Below are positions 20,300 to 30,554 of a stretch of DNA of 64,000 nt, one piece after another. Location of the stretch: NCBI GenBank assembly GCA_041917695.1, contig JAYRXE010000037.1, positions 306,582 to 370,581 on the forward strand. The letters are read 5' to 3'. Origin of the DNA: Minisyncoccota bacterium (GTDB taxonomy: Bacteria > Patescibacteriota > Minisyncoccia > UBA6257 > GWB1-50-10). Numbering within the stretch: the first letter of the stretch is position 1; every line of letters starts with the position of its first letter. The translations under genes were made by a program, and so were the position numbers. The notes under the pieces were generated by a model. The model had not been told where the DNA came from. It ran no database searches and saw only the letters and a list, made by a program, of their open reading frames with translations.

Positions 20300-20369
20300 C
20301 TCGAACCCTCACGGCACATAGGCCACACGATTTTGAGTCGTGGTTGTCTACCAATTCCAACACCCGGGC
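20286..20369 (-). tRNA. tRNA-Leu(CAA)
   Basis: GCCCGGG acceptor stem, CACGA-CTCAAAA-TCGTG anticodon arm, long variable arm, GGTTCGAGTCC; CCA not encoded. Confidence 0.95.
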
Positions 20370-20442
20370 GTATTGAACAAATGTGATAATGCCATATACT
20401 TGAGCAAGTTTCAATTAATTAATAAATAAGAGGAGGTATTGT

Positions 20443-21219
20443 ATGCAATGGTTGAAAGCATTGCGATTGCCCATGTGTCTTATAGTGGTAGCGCTGGTTG
20501 CGGTGGTTTTCAAGGAGGGCCAGGGGTATATTCCCTGGAATCTTGCTATTGGATGCGGATGCATATTTACAACGGCAATGCTCCAAAACGATTGGCGGGA
20601 CCGATTCCATGACCGAAAGAAGAATAAGAACTTCGTTCTCGATAATTTGACCGAATTCCTTTTCTTAGTGGTGGTGGCGTGGATAATCGTTTTCGGTTTT
20701 GCCGTTTCGGCGTTCTACCAGGGGTTTTATCCCGGCGTTATTTTCGTATTGCTCATCGGGATAAGTTTTTTATATTCCGAGGCAAGGAAAATACCGATGG
20801 CGCCTTCCGTACTTGTTGCACTTGCTCCAACACTTCTCGTCTTACTTCCATATTGGGAGTTACGTGGGGAAATGCGTCCTGTATTTTATTTTTTTGCTCT
20901 AGCCACCTTCCTTGTGATATTAGGGAGAGAGGTGATGAGGGACATTGATGATGCGCTCATCGATCAGGGCTACAAATGGACATTGCCGATAAAACTGGGA
21001 GTTCAAAAAGCAAAACTCGTAGCTATTGGGTTTATTATGACTGGTTCAATAGTAGCGTGCATCAGTTTTTCTATGACTTCGCGGAATTTTCCCATCGCGG
21101 GGGTTCTCGTCATTCTTGCGGGGCTCAGTTTTTTCGGATTGGGCATGCCTTCCAAGGCGGCGCGGGGATGGATAGACGCCGGTATGGCAGTTTCCCTCCT
21201 CACCATGTTTGTTTTTTAA
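20443..21219 (+). CDS. UbiA family prenyltransferase (DGGGP synthase-like), accessory module
   Basis: NDWRDRFHD and REVMRDIDDALID motifs, multiple TM helices; AGGAGGT SD. Confidence 0.85.
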   Translation: MQWLKALRLPMCLIVVALVAVVFKEGQGYIPWNLAIGCGCIFTTAMLQNDWRDRFHDRKKNKNFVLDNLTEFLFLVVVAWIIVFGFAVSAFYQGFYPGVIFVLLIGISFLYSEARKIPMAPSVLVALAPTLLVLLPYWELRGEMRPVFYFFALATFLVILGREVMRDIDDALIDQGYKWTLPIKLGVQKAKLVAIGFIMTGSIVACISFSMTSRNFPIAGVLVILAGLSFFGLGMPSKAARGWIDAGMAVSLLTMFVF

Positions 21220-21293
21220 CGAAAGGAGCTTTTAAGCTCCTTTTTATTTGGATACGAAAACAGCAAAAAATGTATTAGAATAAGAAAAACGCG

Positions 21294-22229
21294 ATGGCGA
21301 GGGTTATTACAATTTTGAATCAGAAAGGGGGAGTGGGAAAAACGACGACCGTGATGAATCTCGGCGGGTATCTCGCCATGCACGGCAAAAAGACCCTTAT
21401 CATCGATTTCGACCCCCAGTTTAACGCCACCATCGGCCTCGGCATCCGCCATGCGGAGCGGGAGACCATTTACCACGCCTTGATCGGCGAAGTGGACGTC
21501 TTGAGCGCCGTACGCGCCACTTCTTTGGCGCATCTCGATATCGTGCCTGCCTCCCAAGACTTGGCGGGGGCGCTGGTCGAGCTTTTGGAGTTCAGCGACC
21601 GCAATGAGCGGCTGAAGAATATCATCCGCCCATTGCGCGAACGGTACGACTTCATCCTCATCGACCTTGGCCCAAGCCTCAACATGCTTACGTTGAACGG
21701 CCTTATCGCGTCGGACGAGGTGCTGATTCCCGTGCAGTGCGAATACTATAGCCTCGAGGGTATTCGCCAGCTTTTGGATACCATTGATTTGGTCCGCAAG
21801 AATCTCAACCATCCGCTTTCGATCGCCGGCGCGCTCTTAACCATGTACGACAAGCGCGAGAAGCTTTCGCGCGAAGTCGCCCGCGAGATCCGGAAGCGCT
21901 TTCCGTATCACGTGTACGACGTTGAGATTCCGCGCTCAGTCGCCCTTGCCGAAGCGCCGAGCTATCAAAAGCCCGTGATGCTTTACGCGCCCCAGTCGCC
22001 GGGCGCCATGGCGTATGAAGCGCTCGCCCGCGAAATCATTACGGGGAGAAAAGAGGAGGCCGTATCGCGGCCAATCGAACGGATTTCGGAGTCATTTGCG
22101 CTCGCGCCGGTCGTTTCGACCGCGCTTATGGAGAAGGCGGAAGAGGAATTAGAAGCCCGCCCGGAGCCTTTTGAGGAGCTTCCGGAGCCCTTTATCCTTC
22201 ATCTTTTTGAAGACGGGAGCGGGGAGTAG
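21294..22229 (+). CDS. parA: ParA/Soj ATPase
   Basis: NQKGGVGKTTT, DPQFNAT, IPVQCEYYSLEG. Confidence 0.95.
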   Translation: MARVITILNQKGGVGKTTTVMNLGGYLAMHGKKTLIIDFDPQFNATIGLGIRHAERETIYHALIGEVDVLSAVRATSLAHLDIVPASQDLAGALVELLEFSDRNERLKNIIRPLRERYDFILIDLGPSLNMLTLNGLIASDEVLIPVQCEYYSLEGIRQLLDTIDLVRKNLNHPLSIAGALLTMYDKREKLSREVAREIRKRFPYHVYDVEIPRSVALAEAPSYQKPVMLYAPQSPGAMAYEALAREIITGRKEEAVSRPIERISESFALAPVVSTALMEKAEEELEARPEPFEELPEPFILHLFEDGSGE

Positions 22230-22573
22230 GAGTGTTGTTTGACACCGCTTGAAACGGCAGTACCATAATATTCGGTTCTTATTTTTATTGAACGCGCGAG
22301 GTATTGATCCGAGCGTCCGGCCGGCGCGGAGGTCTTTATCGGACTCGTTGGTAAGGATAAGTTCCCGTACGTACGTTATAGCAAAGCAGAGACGAATAGT
22401 GATTTCCTCTCGTGCAGACGATGTATCGTTTTGGGAAGTTCTTTCTATTTCAACACAATATAGTAAACCCCAAAATTTGTAATACGTGACTCTGCGCAAA
22501 TCGGAAATTGCCGTTCCCTCTGTTTTTGCTTTTTAAGCCCCCGTAACGAATATGCGGGGATTTTGTTTTATGG

Positions 22574-23575
22574 ATGCCGAAAGGTAAAATAAAACCACTT
22601 TCTAAAACCATGCTCGGAAAAGGCCTCAATTCGCTTATTGCTCCCGGCAGCGGGGAAGAGAAAAAGCCGGTTGTCCCGGCGCCTTCCGCGTTGCAACCAG
22701 TTTCCCATCCGACGCCGATTTCGCACGGGCGCGAAGAAAAGGATTTCCATCAGTACGAGCCGCGGCCGAAACGCACCGAGCACCCGAAACCGGATTCCGT
22801 TTTCCACATCGAGATCGAGAAGATCCGCCCGAACCCGTACCAGCCCCGCAAGCATTTCAGCGAGGCCGATATCAACGAGCTTGCGGAGTCCATAAAGGAA
22901 TTCGGCGTGCTCCAGCCCATCGTCGTAACGAAAGTCGTCACGCAAAACTCCCACGGCACGAATGTCGAGTACCAGCTCGTCGCCGGCGAGCGCCGTCTCC
23001 GCGCCGCGCAGGTTGCCGGGATTCCGCGCATCCCCGCCATCGTGCGCCGAGTCGACGGGCCGAAGATGAAGCTTGAGCTCGCGCTTATCGAAAACATCCA
23101 GCGGTCGAACCTGAATCCGATGGAATCGGCGCGCGCCTATGCCCGCTTCCAGGACGAATTCGGGCTTACCCAGCGGGAAATCGCCCTTCGCGTCGGGAAA
23201 AGCCGGGAGAGCGTGGCGAACACGATGCGCCTCATGAATTTGCCTTCAAATATCCAAATAGCCCTTGAGGAGGGAAAGGTGAATGAATCCCAGGCGCGTG
23301 CGCTTCTTTCGACCGAAAACCACGCCGAGCAGCAGATGATTTTCGAACGCATCTTGCGCGGCGAAGTCGGGAGCGCGCGCCGTGTGCGCGAATCGTCCGG
23401 CGTGAAGCCCGGCAAGGACCCGGAAACGAATTATTGGGAGAAGCGGCTTGAGGAACGCATGGGCCTTCCCGTGGAGATCGCAAAGCGCGGGACGCGCGGG
23501 CGGGTAAGCATCCAATTCTATTCGGACGAGGAATTCCGCTCCATCCTGAAGAATTTCGGCGCGGAGCTCGAATAA
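22574..23575 (+). CDS. parB: ParB/Spo0J
   Basis: PNPYQPR, AGERRLRAA, ALIENIQR. Confidence 0.95.
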   Translation: MPKGKIKPLSKTMLGKGLNSLIAPGSGEEKKPVVPAPSALQPVSHPTPISHGREEKDFHQYEPRPKRTEHPKPDSVFHIEIEKIRPNPYQPRKHFSEADINELAESIKEFGVLQPIVVTKVVTQNSHGTNVEYQLVAGERRLRAAQVAGIPRIPAIVRRVDGPKMKLELALIENIQRSNLNPMESARAYARFQDEFGLTQREIALRVGKSRESVANTMRLMNLPSNIQIALEEGKVNESQARALLSTENHAEQQMIFERILRGEVGSARRVRESSGVKPGKDPETNYWEKRLEERMGLPVEIAKRGTRGRVSIQFYSDEEFRSILKNFGAELE

Positions 23576-23577
23576 CG

Positions 23578-25278
23578 TTAAGCCCCCGCGGTTGTTTTCC
23601 AGCTCGCTTCCTTTGTCGCCGGGATGGCGCCGATGCGCGTTACGAGTTTTTTTGCCTTCGCTTCCGTAAGGGCGTGGCACCGCACATGGACGAGGGCGAA
23701 GGCGTGCCGCTTGTCGCTCTGCGACGCGAGTGATGCGATATTCACTTTCATCTCGCCGAAGAGCGCGGTGAGTTCCTTCAGGTATCCCACGTCATCGCGC
23801 GCAATGATGCGGAAATCCGTATAGTGCGGAGCCTTTTTCGCGAGGCTTCCGACGAGGCGTTTCCGCACGGAACTGCGGATGTATTTTTTCGCCATGGAGG
23901 TTTTTACGAAGCGGAGCCAGTCTTCCGAAGGTTTCTTGTTCTGCTGGGTGAGTATTTCCACCACGTCTCCGGATTGGATGGCGGTTTCGAGGGGGACGAT
24001 CTTTCCGTTTATCTTCGCGCCGATGCAATGTTCGCCGATCTCGCGGTGGATTTGGTAGGCAAAATCAACGGGAGTCGCGCCTGCCGGAAGGTCGATGATG
24101 TCGTTTTCGGGAGTGAGGGCAAAGACGCGGTCTTTGAAGAAGTCTACCTTTAGCGACTCGAGGAAGTTTTCCTGGTTTCCGAAGTTCTTTTGCCAGTCGC
24201 GGAGCTGTTCGACCCACAGCAGTTCCTTGCGGTTCTCGACACCTTCCCATTTTTTCGCTCCGCCCGCGCTTTTTGCCTCGCTGTATGCCCAGTGCGCGGC
24301 GACGCCGATTTCGTTCTCTTCGTGCATCTCGCGCGTGCGGATTTGGATTTCGGTTATTTTGCGGTCGACGCAAAAAACCGTCGTGTGGAGCGAGCGGTAC
24401 CCGTTCGATTTGGGGTGGGCGATATAGTCCTTGAAGCGTCCGGGGAGCGGCTGCCAATTCTTATGGATGATGCCGAGCGCGGCATAGCAGTCCTCGACCG
24501 AATTCACGATGATGCGAAGCGCGACAAGGTCGTATATTTTTTCGATATCCATGTCGTATCGCATGAGTTTCCGCCACAGGCTGTAATAATGCTTCGCACG
24601 GGAGTCGACGGCATAGGGCGCGATGCCGCCTTTCAGCATCTCCCGCTTGATGACCGGCTTGATTTTTTCGGCGTAAAGCACGCGTTCTTCGTACCGTTCG
24701 CCGAGGCTTTCCCGGAGCCAGCGGTATTCCTGCGGGTAAAGGAAGGGGAATGCCAGGTCTTCAAGGTCTCCGCTCACCTTTTGCATACCGAGCCGGTAAG
24801 CGAGAGGCGCATAGATCTCGAGCGTTTCCCAGGATATCTCTTTGCGCTTCTCCTCACTCATGAATTCCAGCGTCTTCATGTTGTGCAGGCGGTCGGCGAG
24901 CTTGATGAGAATGACGCGGAGGTCCTTTGAGAAGGAAAGGATGAGCTTCCGGATGTTTTCCACGTCGGGGTCTTTCTGCGCGTATTTGACCTCCTGGATT
25001 TTTGTCAGGCTTTCAACCAAAAAGGCTATTTCCGCCCCGAATTTCTTCTCAACGTCCTTCTTCGTAACGTGGGTGTCTTCAACGACGTCGTGGAGGAGCG
25101 CGGCGGCGATAGAAGCTTCGTCGAGTCCCCAGTCATGGACGGTTCTCGCCACGGCAAGCGGGTGCGTCATATACGGTTCCCCGCTTTTTCGGACGGCTCC
25201 GTCATGCTGATCGCGGGCGAAAGCATACGCTTTGGAGACTGAACTTTTTGGACTGTATTTTTCTATCCAGGATTCCAT
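23578..25278 (-). CDS. rel: RelA/SpoT (p)ppGpp synthetase/hydrolase (HD, synthetase, TGS, ACT)
   Basis: GEPYMTHP, LLHDVVED, KLADRLHNM, NGYRSLHT, TPVDFAY; true start MESWIEK at 25278. Confidence 0.95.
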   Translation of the reverse strand: MESWIEKYSPKSSVSKAYAFARDQHDGAVRKSGEPYMTHPLAVARTVHDWGLDEASIAAALLHDVVEDTHVTKKDVEKKFGAEIAFLVESLTKIQEVKYAQKDPDVENIRKLILSFSKDLRVILIKLADRLHNMKTLEFMSEEKRKEISWETLEIYAPLAYRLGMQKVSGDLEDLAFPFLYPQEYRWLRESLGERYEERVLYAEKIKPVIKREMLKGGIAPYAVDSRAKHYYSLWRKLMRYDMDIEKIYDLVALRIIVNSVEDCYAALGIIHKNWQPLPGRFKDYIAHPKSNGYRSLHTTVFCVDRKITEIQIRTREMHEENEIGVAAHWAYSEAKSAGGAKKWEGVENRKELLWVEQLRDWQKNFGNQENFLESLKVDFFKDRVFALTPENDIIDLPAGATPVDFAYQIHREIGEHCIGAKINGKIVPLETAIQSGDVVEILTQQNKKPSEDWLRFVKTSMAKKYIRSSVRKRLVGSLAKKAPHYTDFRIIARDDVGYLKELTALFGEMKVNIASLASQSDKRHAFALVHVRCHALTEAKAKKLVTRIGAIPATKEASWKTTAGA

Positions 25279-25369
25279 GTGTGTATTTATTCTATAACGA
25301 ACCCGCCCCGTGCGCATATTTGCGGGAGCCCTCACTCTTCTCTTGACGCATTTCGCGCGATGGATAGAA

Positions 25370-25396
25370 TTAGCAGTAAAGGTCTTAGAGTGCCAA
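25370..25396 (+). promoter_or_regulatory. CIRCE (HrcA operator) upstream of groES
   Basis: TTAGCAGTA-N9-GAGTGCCAA versus consensus TTAGCACTC-N9-GAGTGCTAA; promoter TTGACG 25343 / TAGAAT 25365. Confidence 0.75.
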
Positions 25397-25408
25397 TTTA
25401 TATTATCT

Positions 25409-25711
25409 ATGAAAATAACCCCCTTATTCGATAACGTTTTAATTGAGTCGGTCGAAACTTCCGAGAAAACGACCAAGTCCGGCATCGTCTTGCCGGAAAA
25501 CGCGGAAAAGAAAGAGCAGTCCCGCGGCGTCGTTTCCGCAATCGGCCCGGGGAAGTTCGCGAAGGACGGCTCTGCGCGCCTGCCGATGAGCGTGAAGGTC
25601 GGCGACACGGTCATATTCACGAAGCCGTGGTCAGACGACAAAAAGATGGAATTCGACGGTAAAAAGTACTTCCTGGTGTCGGAGGAAGAAATCATCGCGA
25701 TAACCGAATAG
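25409..25711 (+). CDS. groES: Co-chaperonin GroES
   Basis: MKITPLFDNVLI..KTTKSGIVLP. Confidence 0.96.
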   Translation: MKITPLFDNVLIESVETSEKTTKSGIVLPENAEKKEQSRGVVSAIGPGKFAKDGSARLPMSVKVGDTVIFTKPWSDDKKMEFDGKKYFLVSEEEIIAITE

Positions 25712-25716
25712 TTTTT

Positions 25717-27357
25717 ATGGCAAAACAAATCAAATTCAACGAGGAGGCCCGCGCGGCAGTGAAGCGCGGCATCGATACGCTCGCGTCGGCGGTTACGATG
25801 ACGCTCGGTCCCCGCGGACGGGCGGTCGTGATGGAAAAGGGCTATGGCGCCCCGCAGGTGACCTTTGACGGCGTTACTGTGGCAAAAGAGATCGAGCTTG
25901 AGGAAAAGTACGAAAATCTCGGCGCGGAGTTTCTGAAGCAGGCCGCCGACAAAACCAACGACAACGTGGGCGATGGCACCACCACCTCCGTCGTCTTGGC
26001 GCATGCGCTCATTAGCGAGGGCGAAAAGCGGGTGAACGAGAAGGGCTTCAACGTCATCCGGCTCGCCGAGGAGCTGAAGCACGAGAGCGAAGCCATCGTG
26101 CGCGAGCTTGAGGCGCAGAAAGAGGAGATAAACGACGTGAAGAAGATCCAGGAGGTCGCGACCCTTTCCGCAAAGGATGCGGAGATCGGCGCTTTGATAG
26201 CCGACGTGATGGGAAAGATCGGCCGCGACGGCGTGGTGACCGTCGAAGATTCGAACACCATCGGCAATTCCTATGAGATGGTAGAAGGCATGTCTTTCGA
26301 CCGGGGGTACATTTCTCAGTACATGGTGACGAATCCGGATCGCATGGAGGCCGCGCTCGATGAACCAATGATTCTCGTTACCGAAAAGAAAATCTCCTCG
26401 CTCCAGGAATTTTTGCCCTTGCTTGAGAAGCTCGTGCAGAGTGGCAAGAAGGAGCTTTTCATCGTCGCTGACGACGTGGAGAGCGAAGCGCTCACGACCT
26501 TGATTTTGAACAAGCTGCGTGGCGTTCTGAACGTCTTGGCGGTAAAGGCTCCCGGTTTTGGAGACCGTAAGAAGGAGATGCTCCAAGATATCTGCATCGT
26601 GACCGGCGCGAACTTTATTTCGGAGGAATTGGGCAGGAAGCTCGATTCGGTGACGCTCGAAGACTTGGGATCGGCGCACCGCGTGGTCGCCACGAAGGAT
26701 GCCACGACGATCGTCGGCGGAAAGGGCGAGAAGGGCGAGATCGAGAAGCGAATCGGCCAGCTGAAGAGCCAGCTTCAAAAGACCGATTCGGATTTCGACA
26801 AGGAGAAGCTCCAGGAGCGCCTTGGCAAGCTTTCCGGCGGTGTTGCCGTCATCAAAGTCGGTTCGCCGACGGAATCCGCGCAAAAGGAATTGAAACAGCG
26901 GGTTGAGGATGCGGTGAACGCAACGCGGGCAGCGATGGAGGAAGGGATCATCCCCGGCGGCGGTATGGCTTTGCTGAACGTTTCTTTGAAGCTTGCGAAG
27001 ACGGATGCCGAGCCGGTGAAGGCGGCGGCGCGCGAGATACTTCATGCCGCCCTCCAGGCGCCGATTCGCGCGATCGCGATAAACAGCGGCGAAGATGCGG
27101 CTGCCATTATCGCGTCCCTTGAATCGAAGAAAGCGAACGGCGCTGAAATCTGGACTGGTTTCAACGCTTCAACGAATGCGATTGGCGATCTGAAGGAGGC
27201 GGGCATCATTGACCCCTTGAAGGTGACGAAGACGGCTTTCCGAAGCGCGATTTCGGTTGCCGCGAACTATCTGATGATGGGCGCGGCGGTCGTCGACATC
27301 CCGGAGAAGAAGGAGGAAGGGGGAGCGCACAGCCACGGAATGGGGATGGGCTATTAA
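25717..27357 (+). CDS. groEL: Chaperonin GroEL
   Basis: TLGPRGR, GDGTTT, APGFGDR, GM tail. Confidence 0.98.
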   Translation: MAKQIKFNEEARAAVKRGIDTLASAVTMTLGPRGRAVVMEKGYGAPQVTFDGVTVAKEIELEEKYENLGAEFLKQAADKTNDNVGDGTTTSVVLAHALISEGEKRVNEKGFNVIRLAEELKHESEAIVRELEAQKEEINDVKKIQEVATLSAKDAEIGALIADVMGKIGRDGVVTVEDSNTIGNSYEMVEGMSFDRGYISQYMVTNPDRMEAALDEPMILVTEKKISSLQEFLPLLEKLVQSGKKELFIVADDVESEALTTLILNKLRGVLNVLAVKAPGFGDRKKEMLQDICIVTGANFISEELGRKLDSVTLEDLGSAHRVVATKDATTIVGGKGEKGEIEKRIGQLKSQLQKTDSDFDKEKLQERLGKLSGGVAVIKVGSPTESAQKELKQRVEDAVNATRAAMEEGIIPGGGMALLNVSLKLAKTDAEPVKAAAREILHAALQAPIRAIAINSGEDAAAIIASLESKKANGAEIWTGFNASTNAIGDLKEAGIIDPLKVTKTAFRSAISVAANYLMMGAAVVDIPEKKEEGGAHSHGMGMGY

Positions 27358-27442
27358 TCCGGTTCCTATCTCGAATAAATCCCGCTTTCAGCGGGATTTA
27401 TTTTTTGGCTTTTTTGAGGTATACTTACCGCATATAAAACAT

Positions 27443-28000
27443 ATGTTTACACCGCTTAATATCGTCCTCGGCATCGTCATCCTCGTCGTTTTGTGGGCTA
27501 TTTTCGCATTCAACAGCCTTGTGAGGCTCGTGAATCGCGCGAAAGAGGCGTGGGCGGACATCAACGTCCAGCTGAAGCGCCGGTACGACCTTATCCCGAA
27601 CCTTGTTGAGACAGTGAAGGGCTATGCGGAACACGAAAAAAGCGCGTTCCAGGCGGTAACTGAAGCCCGTGCAAAGGCGTTGGGTGCGCAAACAGTCAAA
27701 GAAAAGGAAGAAGCCGAAAATATGGTCTCGTCGGCTTTGAAAAGCATTTTTGCGATCGCTGAAGCCTATCCTCAGCTCCGCGCCGTGGAAAGCTTCACGA
27801 AACTCCAGGACGAGCTTTCCGATACGGAAAACAAGATTCAAGCCGCCCGCCGTTTCTACAACGGGAATGTCCGCGACTTAAACACGAAACTTGAAACCTT
27901 CCCGACGAACATTCTCGCGCCGATTTTTAACTTCAAGAAAATGGAATTCTTTGAGCTGACCGAGGAGGCGGCAAAGAATCCCGTCAGTGTTAAGTTCTAA
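27443..28000 (+). CDS. lemA: LemA family protein
   Basis: VQLKRRYDLIPNLVETVKGYA. Confidence 0.93.
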   Translation: MFTPLNIVLGIVILVVLWAIFAFNSLVRLVNRAKEAWADINVQLKRRYDLIPNLVETVKGYAEHEKSAFQAVTEARAKALGAQTVKEKEEAENMVSSALKSIFAIAEAYPQLRAVESFTKLQDELSDTENKIQAARRFYNGNVRDLNTKLETFPTNILAPIFNFKKMEFFELTEEAAKNPVSVKF

Positions 28001-28057
28001 AAACGTTATTCACAGGGGAGGCGTTTCCTTCGCAATGAAGTTTCTTTGAATTGGATT

Positions 28058-28957
28058 ATGGCAACTATTTATACGCATCGCAGTTCGAATATCCGAAAGA
28101 CCTTTTTCCTCTTTACGTTTTTTTGCGTCGCCGTGATTGCAATCGGCTGGGTTTTCTCCCAGATATACGGGAATCCCGGCATTCTTGTTTTTGCCGTCAT
28201 TTTCTCGTTTCTCATGAGCTTCATGAGCTATTGGTATTCCGATAAGCTCGTGCTTTCGATGGCGCATGCGCGCCCGGTGGAGGAAAAAGACGCGCCTGAG
28301 CTTTATCGCATTGTGGAGAACCTTTCCATCACCGCCGGGCTTCCGATGCCGAAGGTATACGTCATCGAAGATAATGCCGCGAACGCTTTTGCGACCGGCA
28401 GGAACGAAAAGCATGCGGTGGTTGCCGTGACGACCGGGCTTTTGCGCCGGCTTACCAAGCCCGAACTCGAAGGCGTGATTGCCCATGAACTATCGCATAT
28501 TGGCAACAAGGATATGCTCCTGAATACCGTGGTAGTGATTTTGGTCGGCTTCATTTCCCTTATTTCGGATATGTTCATGCGGTCTGCCATTTTCGGCGCG
28601 GGACGACGGGATGAAAACGGAGGCGGAAACGCCCTCTTTCTCGTGGGGATCGCCCTTGCGATCTTGGCACCCATCAGTGCGATGCTTATCCAGCTCGCCA
28701 TTTCAAGAAAGCGGGAATTTCTTGCGGACGCGTCGGGCGCGTTGCTTACCCGCTATCCGGAGGGGCTCGCGAGCGCCCTTGAAAAGATCGCCCACGATCC
28801 GACTCCGATGCACGGCGCGACGAACACCACGGCGCATTTGTGGTTCGACGATCCGTACGACAAGCCCGGCGAGAAGGTGAACTGGCTCCATAAGCTGTTT
28901 ATGACCCATCCGCCGGTCACCGAGCGCATCAAGGCGCTTCGCGAGATGGCGCATTAA
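28058..28957 (+). CDS. htpX: M48 zinc metalloprotease HtpX
   Basis: NAFATG, AHELSH, SRKREFLAD, THPP. Confidence 0.93.
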   Translation: MATIYTHRSSNIRKTFFLFTFFCVAVIAIGWVFSQIYGNPGILVFAVIFSFLMSFMSYWYSDKLVLSMAHARPVEEKDAPELYRIVENLSITAGLPMPKVYVIEDNAANAFATGRNEKHAVVAVTTGLLRRLTKPELEGVIAHELSHIGNKDMLLNTVVVILVGFISLISDMFMRSAIFGAGRRDENGGGNALFLVGIALAILAPISAMLIQLAISRKREFLADASGALLTRYPEGLASALEKIAHDPTPMHGATNTTAHLWFDDPYDKPGEKVNWLHKLFMTHPPVTERIKALREMAH

Positions 28958-29022
28958 TTGACGGAGGCTTTGGAGAGGGGGTAGAGTCTTAGCAACTTTT
29001 AACAATTTAGAAGGAGCAAGAC

Positions 29023-29502
29023 ATGAATAAGCTGATTGGAGTGTTCCTCAAGGAACTCAATCTTTCCATGCTCAAGAAACTCATTGAGCGGGCAAAATTG
29101 CCGATGCACGCCTCATTCAACGAGGAAAAAGGCATTCTCACCATTTCCGAAAGTTTTTGCGAAAACGCCGGCATGGTTTTCACTTTAGAGTGCGAGCTTG
29201 AGCGCGCAAGACACATTGCAAAAAGCCTTGGTTTCGATATGGATGGCTCATCTCCGTGGTGCAGATACGTGCCTCACGTAACATTCGTGCATAACCGTTC
29301 AAAAGCCGCCGATGAGATCTACCTTGAACTCATGAGATCGGGGATTCCGTATGCGCTCACCTATACAAAAACGAACAGGCATTGGGAATACTCGGAAGGC
29401 CAGGGAACGATGACGGGGGACATGTGGAGTGCGAAACAAATAATCAAAGAAATCCACGATTTGCAGAAGCAATACAAAAAAGTGCTTGCTATTGCCGCTT
29501 AA
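29023..29502 (+). CDS. Hypothetical protein, accessory module
   Basis: TTGACG directly after htpX stop, AAGGAG SD, hairpin 29507-29528. Confidence 0.75.
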   Translation: MNKLIGVFLKELNLSMLKKLIERAKLPMHASFNEEKGILTISESFCENAGMVFTLECELERARHIAKSLGFDMDGSSPWCRYVPHVTFVHNRSKAADEIYLELMRSGIPYALTYTKTNRHWEYSEGQGTMTGDMWSAKQIIKEIHDLQKQYKKVLAIAA

Positions 29503-29526
29503 ACTTAAACGCCCGTATGGGCGTTT

Positions 29527-29733
29527 TTATATATCCTTCTTCACTTCGTTCATCTCCGCCTCCACGGACGCGATGCCTTCCTCTGCGCGTTTCATTTGGT
29601 CCTCCTCAGCGCGGTTCCGCCGCTCGCGCTCCTCGCGCATGCGGACAAGATCGGCTTGCCGCTTCTTCAAGTCGTCTGCGAGTTGGCGTTCCTTTTCCGC
29701 CGCTACTTTCGATTTATCGGGATTGCGTGGCAT
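29527..29733 (-). CDS. Small charged coiled-coil protein
   Basis: 68 aa ORF converging on the shared hairpin. Confidence 0.55.
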   Translation of the reverse strand: MPRNPDKSKVAAEKERQLADDLKKRQADLVRMREERERRNRAEEDQMKRAEEGIASVEAEMNEVKKDI

Positions 29734-29841
29734 ACCAATATGACGAGTGCAGAGGCTATTTCATGACGGATTGACACATTTCATTAATACATGCATAATT
29801 TTCCAGGCAAATTAAATTTTAAAAATCGGAGGAGAAACCGC

Positions 29842-30345
29842 ATGGAAGATATCTTTTCGCTCAATTTTCCGCTTGAGGAGGATTTCACGGCGTACAATCT
29901 GTGCCTGGGAGCATTTCAGGGCATCACCATAGAATCGCTTCAGTTTCTTGACGTTGGCTTCGTCATAACGGGAACGGTGTTTAACGAGCGCTACCTTGAG
30001 AACGGCATCCAAAATGGGTGGCATGTGCGCGTGGCCGCGGATTTAGCGAAAAAAACAGCATTCCTGGAAAGGATCAATGGCAATGAAAAGCCGCTAAGCT
30101 TGCAGGAGATTCATTTTAAAGACGGCTCCAAATGGATAGATTTGAAGCAGAAGAATTTTTCCTTCGGCGGAACGAGCGTAAGCATCACCCGCATGGATTA
30201 TTTGGCCGGTTCAGGCAACGAGAAGATAATTCAAATCGTTGGCGTCCTGCAAAATGCGTATCTTGGGTATTCTCCGGGAACTATGGTGAAGATCCGTTAT
30301 AACCCCTTAAATGGGCACGGATATATCGAGCAGAATATCATGTAA
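29842..30345 (+). CDS. Hypothetical protein, accessory module
   Basis: TTGACA-17-CATAAT-5-AG, GGAGGAG SD, hairpin 30348-30375. Confidence 0.75.
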   Translation: MEDIFSLNFPLEEDFTAYNLCLGAFQGITIESLQFLDVGFVITGTVFNERYLENGIQNGWHVRVAADLAKKTAFLERINGNEKPLSLQEIHFKDGSKWIDLKQKNFSFGGTSVSITRMDYLAGSGNEKIIQIVGVLQNAYLGYSPGTMVKIRYNPLNGHGYIEQNIM

Positions 30346-30377
30346 ACAAAGCCCCGCAACGCGGGGCTTTTATTTAG

Positions 30378-30464
30378 CGGAAGGGGAGGGATTCGAACCC
30401 TCGGTACCTGTTACGGTACACAGTCTTTCCAGGACTGCCGTTTAAACCACTCGCGCACCCTTCC
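30378..30464 (-). tRNA. tRNA-Ser(GGA)
   Basis: GGAAGGG/CCCTTCC acceptor, CAGTC-CTGGAAA-GACTG anticodon arm, long variable arm, GGTTCGAATCC. Confidence 0.95.
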
Positions 30465-30554
30465 CGACTTTCACAAATATACGGGAAAAAATGGCCGATT
30501 TCAATTTTCTCTAAAACAAAACAGCCCCGAAGGGCTGTTTTGGAGTGCTGAAGC

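Noticed and set aside
23578-27045. 1155-aa Rel with a long N-terminal extension
   Set aside because: The extension is the antisense shadow of groES/groEL; homology starts at 25278.
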